A DNA stretch of 56,778 nucleotides, filler included, from Bipalium vagum (taxonomy: Eukaryota): assembly GCA_037834085.1 (NCBI GenBank). It is 3 parts of 3 records of this genome, joined end to end, with 100 filler letters (N's around TTAATTAATTAA, not from the genome) between each part and the next. Parts side by side here need not be neighbours in the genome. Positions count along the whole stretch, not along the records: positions 1 to 24,583 come from JBBMKC010199720.1; 2 more parts are not named here. One strand, given 5' to 3'. The position numbers were made by a program, and so were the translations under genes. The notes under the pieces were generated by a model, which saw nothing but the letters and a program-made list of their open reading frames with translations, did no database searches and was not told the origin of the DNA. Shown piece by piece: positions 1 to 11,979 of the stretch; positions within the stretch are counted from its first letter, which is position 1, and each line of letters starts with the position of its first letter.

Positions 1-1199
1 TGTATCATGTTTGTAATTTAACCCACCTGGTTTTATCATGTTTGTAATTAGACCCAAATGGGTCTGAAAAAAAACATGATCCTAATTTTCCAACACAAAA
101 ATAATTAATATTCACTATAAAAAATTAAATAAAATATTAATTATTATAATTGGCAAACTTAAGATTTTAACTTTTAACCAATCACACCGACAGTTTTTAA
201 TCATTAAATCAAATATTTTTCTAGAAATCAATTGTGTATCAAATATTTATTAGGGCATTCTGATAAACTGGCGCCAATAACAAATAATATTTCATTAAAT
301 TAGTTTCTAATCAAACTAAAAAAGTATTATCTTATTAATAAGAACACAAAAAATTAAATTTCAAAGGAATTTTATATTTTATAATAATAAAAATAATAAA
401 TTAAATTAAATAAAAATTAAAAATAATAATTATATAATAAAAAAATTAATAATAATAAAATATATTGATAAACACGATAAAGTGATTTTTTTGTATGGCA
501 ATGGTCAACATCATGTGACTCAAGGAATCTAAGGAAATGATTGGATGGAACCTGTTACCTCATCCGCCATATTCTCCATCTGAAACTTGTGAAATATTTT
601 TTATTAACATGTAATACTATGTTTTCAAAATAAATTTGTTTCGATTTAAATAGAATTAACTCCTTCAACTCATATAAGCATTGATAATTATAAATAGGAA
701 TACAAAACACTCCAAAAATAGTGGACGTATATGCATAGATAATTGAATGCATTCATATAGTCAAGTAAACAGAGACATGAATAAAATATCGATTATTATA
801 ATATTCGGATAATATGATGAATTATCTAATTCTTGACACTTGGGTTTAATCTGAATCGAGACATCACTCTAGACTTAATATTCTTTTGTCTCTTATTATT
901 TATAATTATTTTCATTTGGGTTGGTAATTGTTATAACTAGGACAATTTTTTTTAGCCTAAAAAAAATTTTTTTTAAACTTTATTATTAAAAATTTTAACT
1001 TTTAGCGTACCTTAATGCCTACTAAGGCAAAATATTTTTAACTTAAAGAATTTTTTAAAACATTATTTAAATTTTTAACCTTAAATTACACAACAAAAGT
1101 TGTTTATTGTATTAAAATAGTCCGTTATACGTGGCAATCGCATAATAGCATACATTATGAGGATCAAAATTCCGATCTTTTCGAATGTTTAACAATAGA

Positions 1200-2300
1200 A
1201 AAGTTTATCTCCACAGAGCATGATGTTGGCTGACATGATTGAAGCAGAGCAAAAGTTGCAGGTGGTACGTCTTCTCTATTGCTGTTGATAATTGCACTAA
1301 GATCGTTGTTTGATAAGCACTTTTCAATGTATGTATATTACATGGATCATCCTGGAAAAAGAGTTTGGCTAGATCTTCTGCATCTTCACGAATTGTATAT
1401 TGAGTGCTCTCAGCTTTTACTAGTAGTTTGCTTAAACACTGGTATTTTGTTAGCTGAATAAGTTCTCCAGCCAAACTGCTGTTTGATACAGATTGCTTTG
1501 CGCGAGAAATAAGTACTCCATTGTCTTCAAAACTTTCCACAATATGCCGAACAGTAGGCAAATATTGAGCATACCAGATACCTGCATTTAGTCACGTACC
1601 CCAACGTGTTAATACTGGCTGTGGCGGCTGACCTATAGCAGCAACCTGCAAACGAAAGGTGCCCACGAAGGCGCATTGCACAGTTATGCAGAAGGTGACA
1701 GACACATGTTACATGAAACAGTTGGTTATACATGTTCTTTAATATAGATCCGGTAAGAATCATATATTTTGCTGCATCAGTTATTAAAAGAACAAAGTTC
1801 TGTCTGTGTGTGCCAAGAAACCGAATCACATCGTCAACGTACTGGCATACTCTTGCACTATTAACGTTATTGGGTAAAGGAACACACTTGGGAACGGCAT
1901 GAAGACTCAGATGGACAATCATTTCCAAGGACTTTAAATAGTTTGACAACTGCTGGATGATTCAGTTTATATAGCGGAATATCAGACGCCATAAATGCTT
2001 TAGCTACTTCTGTTGTAAAACTACATCTTGATATTTCCAAAAATGATTGAGTAGAGCATACTGCCTTCTTATCATTGTGCTTCCCAAATTGACGGTGGCC
2101 CTCTTCAAATGACGCTTTTCTCGTTTTACAATGGTGTCGCACAAATTGCAGTACAGTTGATTTGTAGGGGTAGCAATAAATTCTGTCGGGTAATCAATAA
2201 CGATCCTGTTGACTTTGCATGATTGACTCGCTGCTATCTTTGGTATTGATGGAAATGATTTTTGATAGACGATTTTCATCAAGTTTTTCACACCAACAAA
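1200..2300 (-). mobile_element. Degenerate hAT-superfamily (CGGBP1/DUF659-like) transposase, frameshifted across several ORFs
   Basis: Overlapping minus-strand ORFs give PTEFIATPTNQLYCNLCDTIV (zinc-finger-like), FMASDIPLYKLNHPAVVKLF, LLITDAAKYM and HVTCVCHLLHNCA (hAT D..CxxH motif). TIRs not identified. Confidence 0.8.
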
Positions 2301-2584
2301 AAGTATTGTGCTTTTTTAATTTATAATAATTTTATTATAAGATAATATTTAAAATAAAATACGATTCAAATATATTTTCTGGTAAAGGTTTTTCATCTAT
2401 TGGCAACGAAATTTGTACCCATTCAATGAATTGCGTTGTGGGAAGTTAGCGCATGAAGAATTCAAAGCATTTATGAGAAATTTTGGTGAACGATGAGTAA
2501 AAGATATGTGAATCAATTACGAGAGAACGGCATCTAACGATTAAAATTTATATAGGAGAGTAAAAATCAACGTATTTCCGTTGT

Positions 2585-2850
2585 GTTCTGAGTCCCATCT
2601 ATGTCTCATCTCCAGTTATGATTCTTCAAAAATCATTTTCTGCGTCCATCAGAATTCTATTCAAAGATGACATGGCCGCTTCAGTGCTTTGAACTACGTG
2701 CTCCTGGTGCAATTCCTTTGGCACCAACTGTGCTGAAATCTTTGATAGTACAAAATTATTATGCAACATGACACGAGCTGATCCATGATAGATCTCCAAA
2801 TTCCTAGTCACCTCATCAATAGTAATTCGCTGATCCTGGCCTAACACTGA
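2585..2850 (-). mobile_element. Mariner transposase fragment
   Basis: DQRITIDEV...KISAQLVPKEL (WVPxxL-like linker), followed after a stop by RIITGDET (first catalytic D motif). Confidence 0.8.
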
Positions 2851-3429
2851 TTGAAATTGGATTTCATTTCAATATTTGTCGATGTGAAGTGGTTATCATT
2901 AGGCCTTCTTAGAAATGTTAAACTTACTCATAAATGCAACTCAGATTTTGCCAATATAAAATTTTGCAAAGCAAGAAGATTAGTAATTCTTGTGAATCAT
3001 ATACAAATGGCAATTTCAAATTTCAATATGATAACGCTCCTTGCTATCTACCTGTTTAGTGCACTCAATATTTTACAAAAAAATTTACAACTTAACAGTC
3101 ATGGGATCATCAAAATAATAGAGATTACCGAAAATCTAAAAAAACTCACCGATCGATGATTCCAAATCAGGAAGCACTTGTCCGATTAATCTCAGACATT
3201 GCTGGTGATAATTAGCTTCGTTCTTCAAGAGGTTTAAAAATGCATTGGAAATATCGATTACAGAATTCTCAAATCTATAATGTTCACGNNNNNNNNNNNN
3301 NNNNNNNNNNNNNNNNNNNNNNNNNNNNNNNNNNNNNNNNNNNNNNNNNNNNNNNNNNNNNNNNNNNNNNNNNNNNNNNNNNNNNNNNNNNNNNNNNNNN
3401 NNNNNNNNNNNNNNNNNNNTTTAAACTAC

Positions 3430-3663
3430 TTTTAAATGATCAATTTGACTTTCCAGTTCATCCCTAGTGGCTTTGAGCTGGTATAGTTTGGAATTCTCGT
3501 ATGATGACCATTGACCATTCTGAGTATTTGAATTTGAAACGCAATTCAGAGATGAATTAAGAACACTGGTTGAGATCGGGGGTTCTGAAAATATTGGACT
3601 TTGGCATGAACTCTGATTGTTTTGCAAATGAGTATTATGAGACAACACGGGACTGTTAGGAAC
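3430..3663 (-). CDS. Exon of ARHGAP17/44/SH3BP1-like N-BAR gene (VPNSPV...KLYQLKATRDELESQIDHLK)
   Basis: TTCACAG acceptor at 3665-3664. Phase 0 matches the preceding exon. Coiled-coil end. Donor GTAGTT at 3429 is weak and lies next to a gap. Confidence 0.65.
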
Positions 3664-4379
3664 CTGTGAAACAATTTTTAAAAATGAAAGTAGTAAAATC
3701 GAAACATCTTAATTTAAAAATAATTTTATGTAAGAGATGTGTGTTTCATTCGTTATTTTATTATTTTAAAAATATAGATTTCGTTATATATAATCTCCAC
3801 CAGTAAGCAAGAAAAATTATTTCAAAATCTTTTAACTTAACCCTTTAGAAAACAAAATAAAAACTCAAAAACCAACAGTAAAAAAAATAATTTAGAAGAT
3901 ATAATATCAATTAATTATTAATAATAATAATAATATAATAATAATAAAATTTCTTATTTAGATTAATACAAAAATATTACAATAGGCTTAGACCACTAAA
4001 AAAATAAAATATCTATTTCACCGCATAGAACTAAATAAACTAGATAATATATATAAATAATATAAATAATGAATAAAAATATATATAAATAATATGATAA
4101 ATATTATAATTAAATATTAAATATATAAAATAAAATATTAAATATATATAATATAAATAAATAATATAGGAAAAATAGAATTATATAAATGATCCTTATT
4201 ATAAAGCCATTTTTGAATTTTCTTCTCTTGGAATCAGTGCATGCGAATGATTTTGGTAATTCAAACATGATAAAATTTAAATATATAAATAAATATAAAT
4301 AATAATATAAATATATATAAATATATATTTAAGCAAATAATTTTAATTTAAAAATAGTGAAGTGGAATAAAATTCGTAC

Positions 4380-4602
4380 CAGAATATTGGAACTACTCTC
4401 CATCGATTTTAATCTATCTTGAAGAGCTTTAAGATCAGAATTTTGCTTCCATAAATGCCTACGACTTTTAACCAATGATGGAACTAATTCTTCATAGCAT
4501 ATCCTAAGTTTTTCAAGTACTCCACTTTCAACATTGGCAGCCCATTGCAATCGTTCCAAAGCAAGTTTATTATTAGTGTCTCCTAACACAGATAATATCT
4601 TC
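4380..4602 (-). CDS. Exon of ARHGAP17/44/SH3BP1-like N-BAR gene (KILSVLGDTNNKLALERLQWAANVESGVLEKL...SLVKSRRHLWKQNSDL)
   Basis: TTTTAG acceptor, GTACGA donor, 223 nt (phase 2 to 0). Helical pattern typical of BAR helix 2. Confidence 0.8.
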
Positions 4603-5094
4603 CTAAAATACCAAAAAACTTGTTAATATTTACTATTAGTTATTATTTATTATTATTATTATTATTCATTTATTTTATTATTATTATCATTAGTTTTTAT
4701 AATTATTGAAATTCTTCTCGAAATAGTTTATTTTGGATCTGGTTGATATTACATTGAAAACCATTGTTACATACTTCATACATATTAAAAAAAATTTTTT
4801 GATAACTAAGCTGGTCCGAACCGTTCCAGGTATTTACAAAAAAATGTTAAATTTCACATTTAAATATAACCTTAAATTGATTTTTAGCCATATTTTCATT
4901 TTTCAGAAAGTGATACTGTTTTTTAATACAAGTATTACAAATATTTCAGTGCCAATTTAAAACCTCAATTTAAACTAACATCTTAAAGAAACATTGAAAA
5001 AAATGTATTATTATCAATTCATAATAATTAATATTTGATTGATCTATCTTTATAATTGAATAGCGAATTGTATAAATAAATTATCCATACTTAC

Positions 5095-5174
5095 GAAACA
5101 TGGGGGTTTAGTAACGATAGTCTTTCAGCAGAATAATAAAGCGACTGAGCTAAATTTTGTTCGGGTAATTTTTT
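5095..5174 (-). CDS. Exon of ARHGAP17/44/SH3BP1-like N-BAR gene (KKLPEQNLAQSLYYSAERLSLLNPHV)
   Basis: CTAG acceptor, GTAAGT donor, 80 nt (phase 0 to 2). KKLP..LAQ matches the RICH/SH3BP1 BAR motif as I recall it. Confidence 0.8.
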
Positions 5175-8100
5175 CTAGAAAATATAACTTGAATAAAAAT
5201 TAGAAAATCAATGAATACGAACGATAAAATTAATTATTGTTAGCATCATAAATCAATACAAGAAATAAGGATAAAACAAAAAAACAAACAGTAAATTATC
5301 GAAACATTGATTTTTATTTATTCTTCTTTCAATCAATTTGTTTGGGTATTTTAACTTTCTTTTTCTAGGAATTTTATTTAAAGATGGTAAAGTTATATCA
5401 TTTCTACTTTTGTTGCAACATTCATTTCACTTTTTATGTTCTTACGAGACCTATATCGTGTCACATATCTCTAACCGGACAACTATAACAGTTTTTTATC
5501 AAAAACAAGCCATGTGACAAATTTATAATTGTCATATTAAGCTGAGTAAATAAAAAATAAGTTTCAATCAAAAAACATACTGTACTTTTAATACGTTTTT
5601 GTGCAAGAAAACTATTCCTCTTTATTAATTGTATTAAGGAATTTTTAACCAGTTTTAATTTATTCAGAAATCCACAAAGCAATATTATTTAGTTTCGTTT
5701 TCATTTTAAAAACTTCTTTCAAATAATGATGATCCATACACACATTTCAATGCCACCCATTTGCATAAGACATAATTTGTTTGATAATTTATTGTACCAA
5801 AGGTATACACAGTGGCTTTATAAAGTATTCGTATATAGTATTCCACAGGTACCACATTAAAATTACCATCTTTTCTAAAACTATCCTTGATAGACATATA
5901 AACTTTTACATTACTAAAAAAAAGTATAATTTTACTAACAAAAAACTAAATTTATTAATGTTTATACTATACTCAAAATAAAGAAATATTTTACAATATT
6001 ATGAAGGAAAGGATTGATCAATATGATCAATACCTTGTTTCATATTCACTATTTTCAATAATATCTTGTATATTGGCATGGATTCAATCAAAATTTCGTA
6101 TATTGTGTTGATATATTACACTACTCTTTCTGAAAAGATCTACAAATCCATTTTAATTGGAATTTTGTTTTTTCAGCTTCTTATCGAATGGAAACCATAA
6201 ATTTTCAATTGAATTAAGGTCGGGCAATTGTAGAGGAATTGGAAACTTATTTTGTACATGATAAAGCATTCATTCCTTAACAATACTGGCAGTATCTTCG
6301 GATCGTTGTCTTGTTGAAATTTGAAGTCATTTTCAATATTCAATATTAAAGCATTTTTAAATAAATTATATGGTAAAATTCTTAAATAACATTTTGAATC
6401 CATAACCCTCTAATAAATAACAATTTCTTAATAATTTGTTATCTTTACTGCAGAACGAATACTTTATGGAGGCACGGTAAATAATTATATTGTATGATAG
6501 GCTATCAACAAAATTTTTTTAAAAAGGTGCAAAATTTAACATAAACTCAGTATCTAAAATCCTGATCTAAAATGATAGTATTAATTTTATCATAAAAACA
6601 TACATACAATAAAAATAATACCAACTTTAAAATGTAAATAATCTTATCGACCGGCATTTAAAATAATTGATTGATTTATTTAGAAATTATAACAGAAATA
6701 ACATAAAGAGATTAGTTTTTTGTCAATACTTTCTGAAGTGATGGATTTAAAAAACAGATAGAGAACTTTTACTAATTAACTTCTAAATAAAACATCACTT
6801 TTGAAGAATGGATATTATGATAATTCTCGTTGTTAAAAACCTTGTTATTCGATTATTATAAGAAAAGAAGTCTGTCAAACTAAACATTGACAGATTTCGT
6901 GAAAAGAAATTTCCAAAGACATCTGTACATATGAAATCTATCTCTAAATTTGGAAAATTTCTGCCACCGTCATTATCTAAATCAAGTAAGTTTTATTGTA
7001 TATTAAAAAATATTAATTTTAAACATAAAGATTTAAATATACTTTTTTAATATTTACTTAAACTGGACATAATTTTTCATAATAATCATTTAAATGATTC
7101 TCAATTATATTATACTGAAAACTATTTTTATTGTAATAGTGGATTGAAAAAATACCAAGTTTAATAATAATTATAAAGATTTTTAAATGAGCCAAAGAAA
7201 TTAACAAAATAAATATAATAAATAAAATTATCTATTTCCTGTTAAAATAACAAGGTTTATTACTATTAAATTTATTGGCTTTTATATTAAAAAATAAAGA
7301 TCCACAAATAACGTCTAGTCTAAGGTACCTAAGATATATCAGTTTATCTTATAACTATTACACAAATTATATTTCTATCAATTTTAATTAAAAATAATAT
7401 AAAATTGAAAATAATTACAGGAACATACTTTTAACTAATAAGAGAATACACTCTCTATTAATTTTCAAACATTAAGTGATCTTACTTATTCATATAAGGA
7501 ATTTAATGTATTTCCAAAAAGGGCATAAGTCAAAGAATGAAACAGAATAAGTGTTTATCCTTGAAATTTTATAAATTATGAATTTGCAAATGTACATTTT
7601 CATTTAATTCACAGACCAATGTATTTAACAAATCTGATTGAATTTACCAAAACTAAAGTCAAGTTAAGGAGATGTATTCTCACATAAGATCTTGAAACAA
7701 AAGATAGTTTTCAATAAAAAACGACAAGTTCGAAAGACAACATTTATTATTCTTTTCCAATTCGAATTTTATTTGGAAAAATGGAAATACAAATTGAAAA
7801 TAATATCCAATTTAATTTTTCGTGGAGGAAAAATATATTAAATAGAATACCAAAAAGAGTTCATTTTTATAGGACACTGAATGTTTATGACCACCAAGAA
7901 AAATGAAGCATGGATTGGTGCATACAAATATATCTGATGGAAGAAAATATTTTTCTTATTTCATAAAAATGGTAGCATAAAAGTATTTATTTAAATCAAA
8001 CATGTACTTTTACATCGATCATATTTTTCAGGTAAAGTTAAGTCTTCAATGAAATATTGAGATTTGTGTCCATACATTACTACATACATTTGCAAAACCT

Positions 8101-8379
8101 TCCCTGACAGCAACCATAATATAGTTCCAACATTAACATAAGTGACGAATTGTTATGTTGCCCCTGGCAAATTGTTTCAGAAATGGTTTATATTGATTTC
8201 TTAAGACAGTGAATCGAAGAATGAAAATCTTTCTATTCAACTTTTGATATAAAGTGGCTGAGATCAAAACATCTTTTTAACCCAGCATTTTTAAAATACG
8301 TTGAAATAGATTTGGCTTCTATGTTTAACATTTTAATAATTTGGTAATTGCTTATTTGTCCCTTAGTTTTATTTTTTTA

Positions 8380-8600
8380 AAGATATCATTAATATTTCAA
8401 TGACTTTTGATCAGACCAAAATGCGTCTTTGATATCGAATTTTCGGAAAATAACGTTAACCAATATTTTTTCAATTTTCACTGATAACGCATAATCTCCA
8501 TACACTTTTCAATTTTTCTTGCAGTTTGCGAACCATGTTTGTTCTCATTGTAATAAAAAATTCAAAGATATCGAATTTCATTGCACGTGGTCGATGCTCT
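8380..8600 (-). mobile_element. Degenerate mariner N-terminal (HTH) fragment
   Basis: Minus-strand translation NEIRYL*IFYYNENKHGSQTARKI resembles mariner N-termini; contains stops. Confidence 0.45.
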
Positions 8601-9115
8601 TGAGAAATGTATAAAATTAAAAAACAAATCCCGTTACAGGATATGCATAAGCGTTAATTCATAATAAAATAATATCTTCATTTCATATATAAACATAGAA
8701 CATTGATATTTTATTTAATTAAATATAATATTCTATTCCGATGTTTTTATAAAATACCTAAAATCTTCTAACTAATATTTCATAAATAACGTAATATCTT
8801 ACACCTGTACATATTTCCAGCAAATAAAACGTTGCCAAACCAATAATCAATAATTATCTTTTTAAAAAAATTAAATTTCATAATTTGTCTCCGAAAGAAT
8901 TTGTTTACATTAAATGCTCGTTTATTACAAAATTATATTTTTCTGCATCTTTGAACCTGATCTTCCTAACAGGTTTTCCAAATTTAAATTTAAAAATCTC
9001 TAATCATTTACCAGAAGACGAATATATACGAATTTTACCAATTAAAAACAACCTTCCTCAAAAATATCAAGAAATAAAATAAAAAATATGAAAATGATTG
9101 CAACAAAGTGTTCAC

Positions 9116-9338
9116 CGAAATTTTCTCAGAATCATTGGGTAGCTTTGACCAGTTCTGATTCCAAACGTTTCCAGTTGAACCGACTATTGAATTATTATGA
9201 TAGCATCCAGAAAAAATTGGACACAATAGTAGTCGTTTAGTAATGTCTTGACATATTTTTTTAAATTCAATGGCTTCCTGTTCTATCTGAATAATATTAT
9301 CAGGCCAGTTACAAGGTGCTTCCGTGTTCTTGTCATTT
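9116..9338 (-). CDS. Exon of ARHGAP17/44/SH3BP1-like N-BAR gene (NDKNTEAPCNWPDNIIQIEQEAIEFKKICQDITKRLLLC...)
   Basis: TTTGATAG acceptor, GTGAAC donor, 223 nt (phase 2 to 0), open frame. Aligns by eye to the RICH-family start 'RAEKTE...LLQIE...IC...KRL..C' and joins in frame to the KKLP exon. Confidence 0.8.
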
Positions 9339-9795
9339 CTATCAAATTTAAATAAGCAAAAATTTATTTGATCAAATGAAACAAATTTGTTATTAATTTA
9401 ATTAAAACTCTTAAAAATAAAAAAATAAACTTCAACAAGCTTAAAAAACTAAAACCTTAAAAATTTATTTAATATCATATGTTTCATCTCTTATTGAATA
9501 TATATCGGTTTAGAGTAAAAACCAAAACTAAAACTTAAATCGTAGCTTTTCAACATATAAACTAAATCAAATATTAAAACAATTAACATTGAACATAATA
9601 TTAATAAAACAATTTACAACTTTAATTAAAAAAGTCAAAAACATATATATTCAAAACACTAATAAATATTAAAATATTTCATAAACACTTAAATCCAATG
9701 TTCAATATTTTAAAAAATTTCATATAATTGCTTTCACCAGGACTTCGGAAAAAATAAAACAACAATTATTTATAAAAACAATTATTCAAAAAATT

Positions 9796-9801
9796 TTTAT
9801 T
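9796..9801 (-). terminator. Polyadenylation signal AATAAA of the 9823-10980 gene
   Basis: AATAAA about 22 nt after the stop codon on the minus strand. The AT-rich background lowers specificity. Confidence 0.45.
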
Positions 9802-9822
9802 AAAAGTACTCAATTCAAATTT

Positions 9823-10980
9823 TTAAAACACTTCAATATCCAAAGATCGTTTTCCCACTTTCTTTGCAGCTGTCGTTGGTTTCTTAGTTGTTGTACCCTT
9901 CTTCGCTGTTGTGGTTTTCTTTGTCGTCACACCTTTCAGTTCAAATTCATCTTCCAAATACAATTCATCACTCAATGANNNNNNNNNNNNNNNNNNNNNN
10001 NNNNNNNNNNNNNNNNNNNNNNNNNNNNNNNNNNNNNNNNNNNNNNNNNNNNNNNNNNNNNNNNNNNNNNNNNNNNNNTTCGCTGTTGTGGTTTTCTTTG
10101 TCGTCACACCTTTCAGTTCAAATTCATCTTCCAAATACAATTCATCACTCAATGATCGTTTTCCCACTTTCTTTGCAGGTGTACTTGATATTTTCGTTGA
10201 TACGAGTTTATTTGTTGTAGTTCCTTTCTTGGTCGTAAGAGCTTTTAGTTCTAATTCATTTTCGTAAAATAAATCTTCAAAATTTTTCCTGTTTACTCTT
10301 TTAGAATCGCTATTTATTTTCTTTTCATTTGCATATTTTTGTAAAACGTTTTCTACATAGTTTTTTACATTTTCTTCTTCATAAAAAGTTTTCGATGTTG
10401 CTAAATATTTCAAGCTTTCCGATTCAATTTTCTTTTCATTCACTTCAAATTCATTCTCATCAAATTTTTTGTCCCAATAGTTATTTTCAATTCCTGATTC
10501 GCAGAAGTCTTCATAGCGAGTGTATATTCGTTTACATTTGACATTAACTTTGTTATATTTCGTGGAACAATCTTTGTCCATCTTGCGATATTCTTTCGTA
10601 CAACCTCTGCTTAACGTTTTTGAGGATATTCGACAAACCTTATCTAATCTGTCAAGTTGTTTTCCACAATTTGCTGTGACATAACCATTGGTTTTTTCAC
10701 ACTCCTTTTTGATTTTCTTTCCTGCATCATTGCAACTTTCTTTTAGGGTCTTAAACATAGTACTGCATCGTTTGTCAATGTCTAGTGCAGTTTTGTCGCA
10801 GTATTCATCTATGGCTTGGTTGGCTTGGTCGCAGTTTTTTACTTGGGAAATTAGCTCGTTGCAGTGTAATCTTTGCTTTTTGTTCAGTAACAGAGTCTCC
10901 TCCTGTTTGACCACCAAGTCTCCAATTTCGCAATCAATTAATTGTAATCCTATATTAATGATTAAGAATATAATTATCAT
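9823..10980 (-). CDS. Secreted precursor: signal peptide + 12-Cys hendecad (CX10C) helical domain + repeated acidic / Lys-Thr-rich cassettes ending in GKR
   Basis: Longest ORF in the window. Hydrophobic N-terminus MIIIFLIINIGLQLIDC. Cys at residues 40,50,61,72...160. 44-aa C-terminal repeats spanning an assembly gap (9979-10078). TATA box upstream and polyA signal downstream. Confidence 0.85.
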   Translation of the reverse strand: MIIIFLIINIGLQLIDCEIGDLVVKQEETLLLNKKQRLHCNELISQVKNCDQANQAIDEYCDKTALDIDKRCSTMFKTLKESCNDAGKKIKKECEKTNGYVTANCGKQLDRLDKVCRISSKTLSRGCTKEYRKMDKDCSTKYNKVNVKCKRIYTRYEDFCESGIENNYWDKKFDENEFEVNEKKIESESLKYLATSKTFYEEENVKNYVENVLQKYANEKKINSDSKRVNRKNFEDLFYENELELKALTTKKGTTTNKLVSTKISSTPAKKVGKRSLSDELYLEDEFELKGVTTKKTTTAXXXXXXXXXXXXXXXXXXXXXXXXXXXXXXXXXXSLSDELYLEDEFELKGVTTKKTTTAKKGTTTKKPTTAAKKVGKRSLDIEVF

Positions 10981-11004
10981 TTTTTTGATTTTCTGGTTTT
11001 TGTT

Positions 11005-11035
11005 AAACTATCTTAGGTTCTGCTGATATTATATA
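11005..11035 (-). promoter_or_regulatory. Putative core promoter (TATATAA at 11035-11029 and Inr-like TAGTTT at 11010-11005) of the secreted gene
   Basis: TATA lies about 26 nt upstream of an Inr-like motif, itself about 25-30 nt upstream of the ATG at 10980, which has an AAAA context. Confidence 0.5.
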
Positions 11036-11979
11036 AATACAAATGTGTAGTATTGACCTTTTTACTACATCATTTTAATTTTAACAATAAATCAAAATTT
11101 TACTCTATTTGAGTCTTCAAAACGCCTCGTTTTCAATTTTAAAGCGTAGTTGATAAACTAATCGATTATTTTATTTTATATTTTATAATAATTTTATAAA
11201 TAATTAAATTTATGGTNNNNNNNNNNNNNNNNNNNNNNNNNNNNNNNNNNNNNNNNNNNNNNNNNNNNNNNNNNNNNNNNNNNNNNNNNNNNNNNNNNNN
11301 NNNNNNNNNNNNNNNNNNNNNNNNNNNNNNNNNNNNNNNNNNNNNNNNNNNNNNNNNNNNNNNNNGATATAACCAAGGTCTTAATCTTCATAATACCGTT
11401 GTTAATCATTAAAATAAATTTTCGATAAATAAAAACATTTAATTTTTAATAAAAAAATAAAAGTGAATACATTTTATGAGGCTTGCTTAAATTCTTATTT
11501 TAAGATCTAATTATTGAAATATTTTTGGTTCATTTTGTCAAAATTTTTAATAAATTAGGCAAAAATAAACCTTGGTTCTTATCATAAACTTGCACAAAAA
11601 ATATTACCACAAAGACAAATCAAATGTTTTATATTTTCATCAGCGTGAAATTAATTTTTTATATATTTTTATACATAGAAACTATTTAAAGGGAAATAAT
11701 AACTCAATTTTATTATTGGGTTGTTCAGAAAGTTTTGCACGTTTTCTGTATACTCATTTTAAAACAGCATAACTCAGCCGAATATATAAAGAATATTCTC
11801 AATTTACAAAACTTTGCGTTATAAAATATTGGTTATTTTAGGAATTCGGTTCCCCTCTTGTTTAAATTTGTCAAATTTATTTTAACTTATTAACCCTTAT
11901 TCATTTTTTTTTAATTTTACATATAAATGAAACCTATTCATTTATTCATATCATTCAAAATTGAAACTGATACAATCAC

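Noticed and set aside
559-579. 21-nt minus-strand micro-exon candidate (MENMADE) with TTTCAG/GTAACA sites, phase-compatible with the BAR gene
   Set aside because: Too short to distinguish from chance and no recognisable homology.
6034-6140. Exon-like segment inside the BAR gene intron
   Set aside because: Stops in the frames from plausible acceptors, and the flanking exons already join in frame.
9888-11026. Plus-strand ORFs overlapping the secreted gene
   Set aside because: Antisense shadows of the real minus-strand ORF, partly made of Ns.
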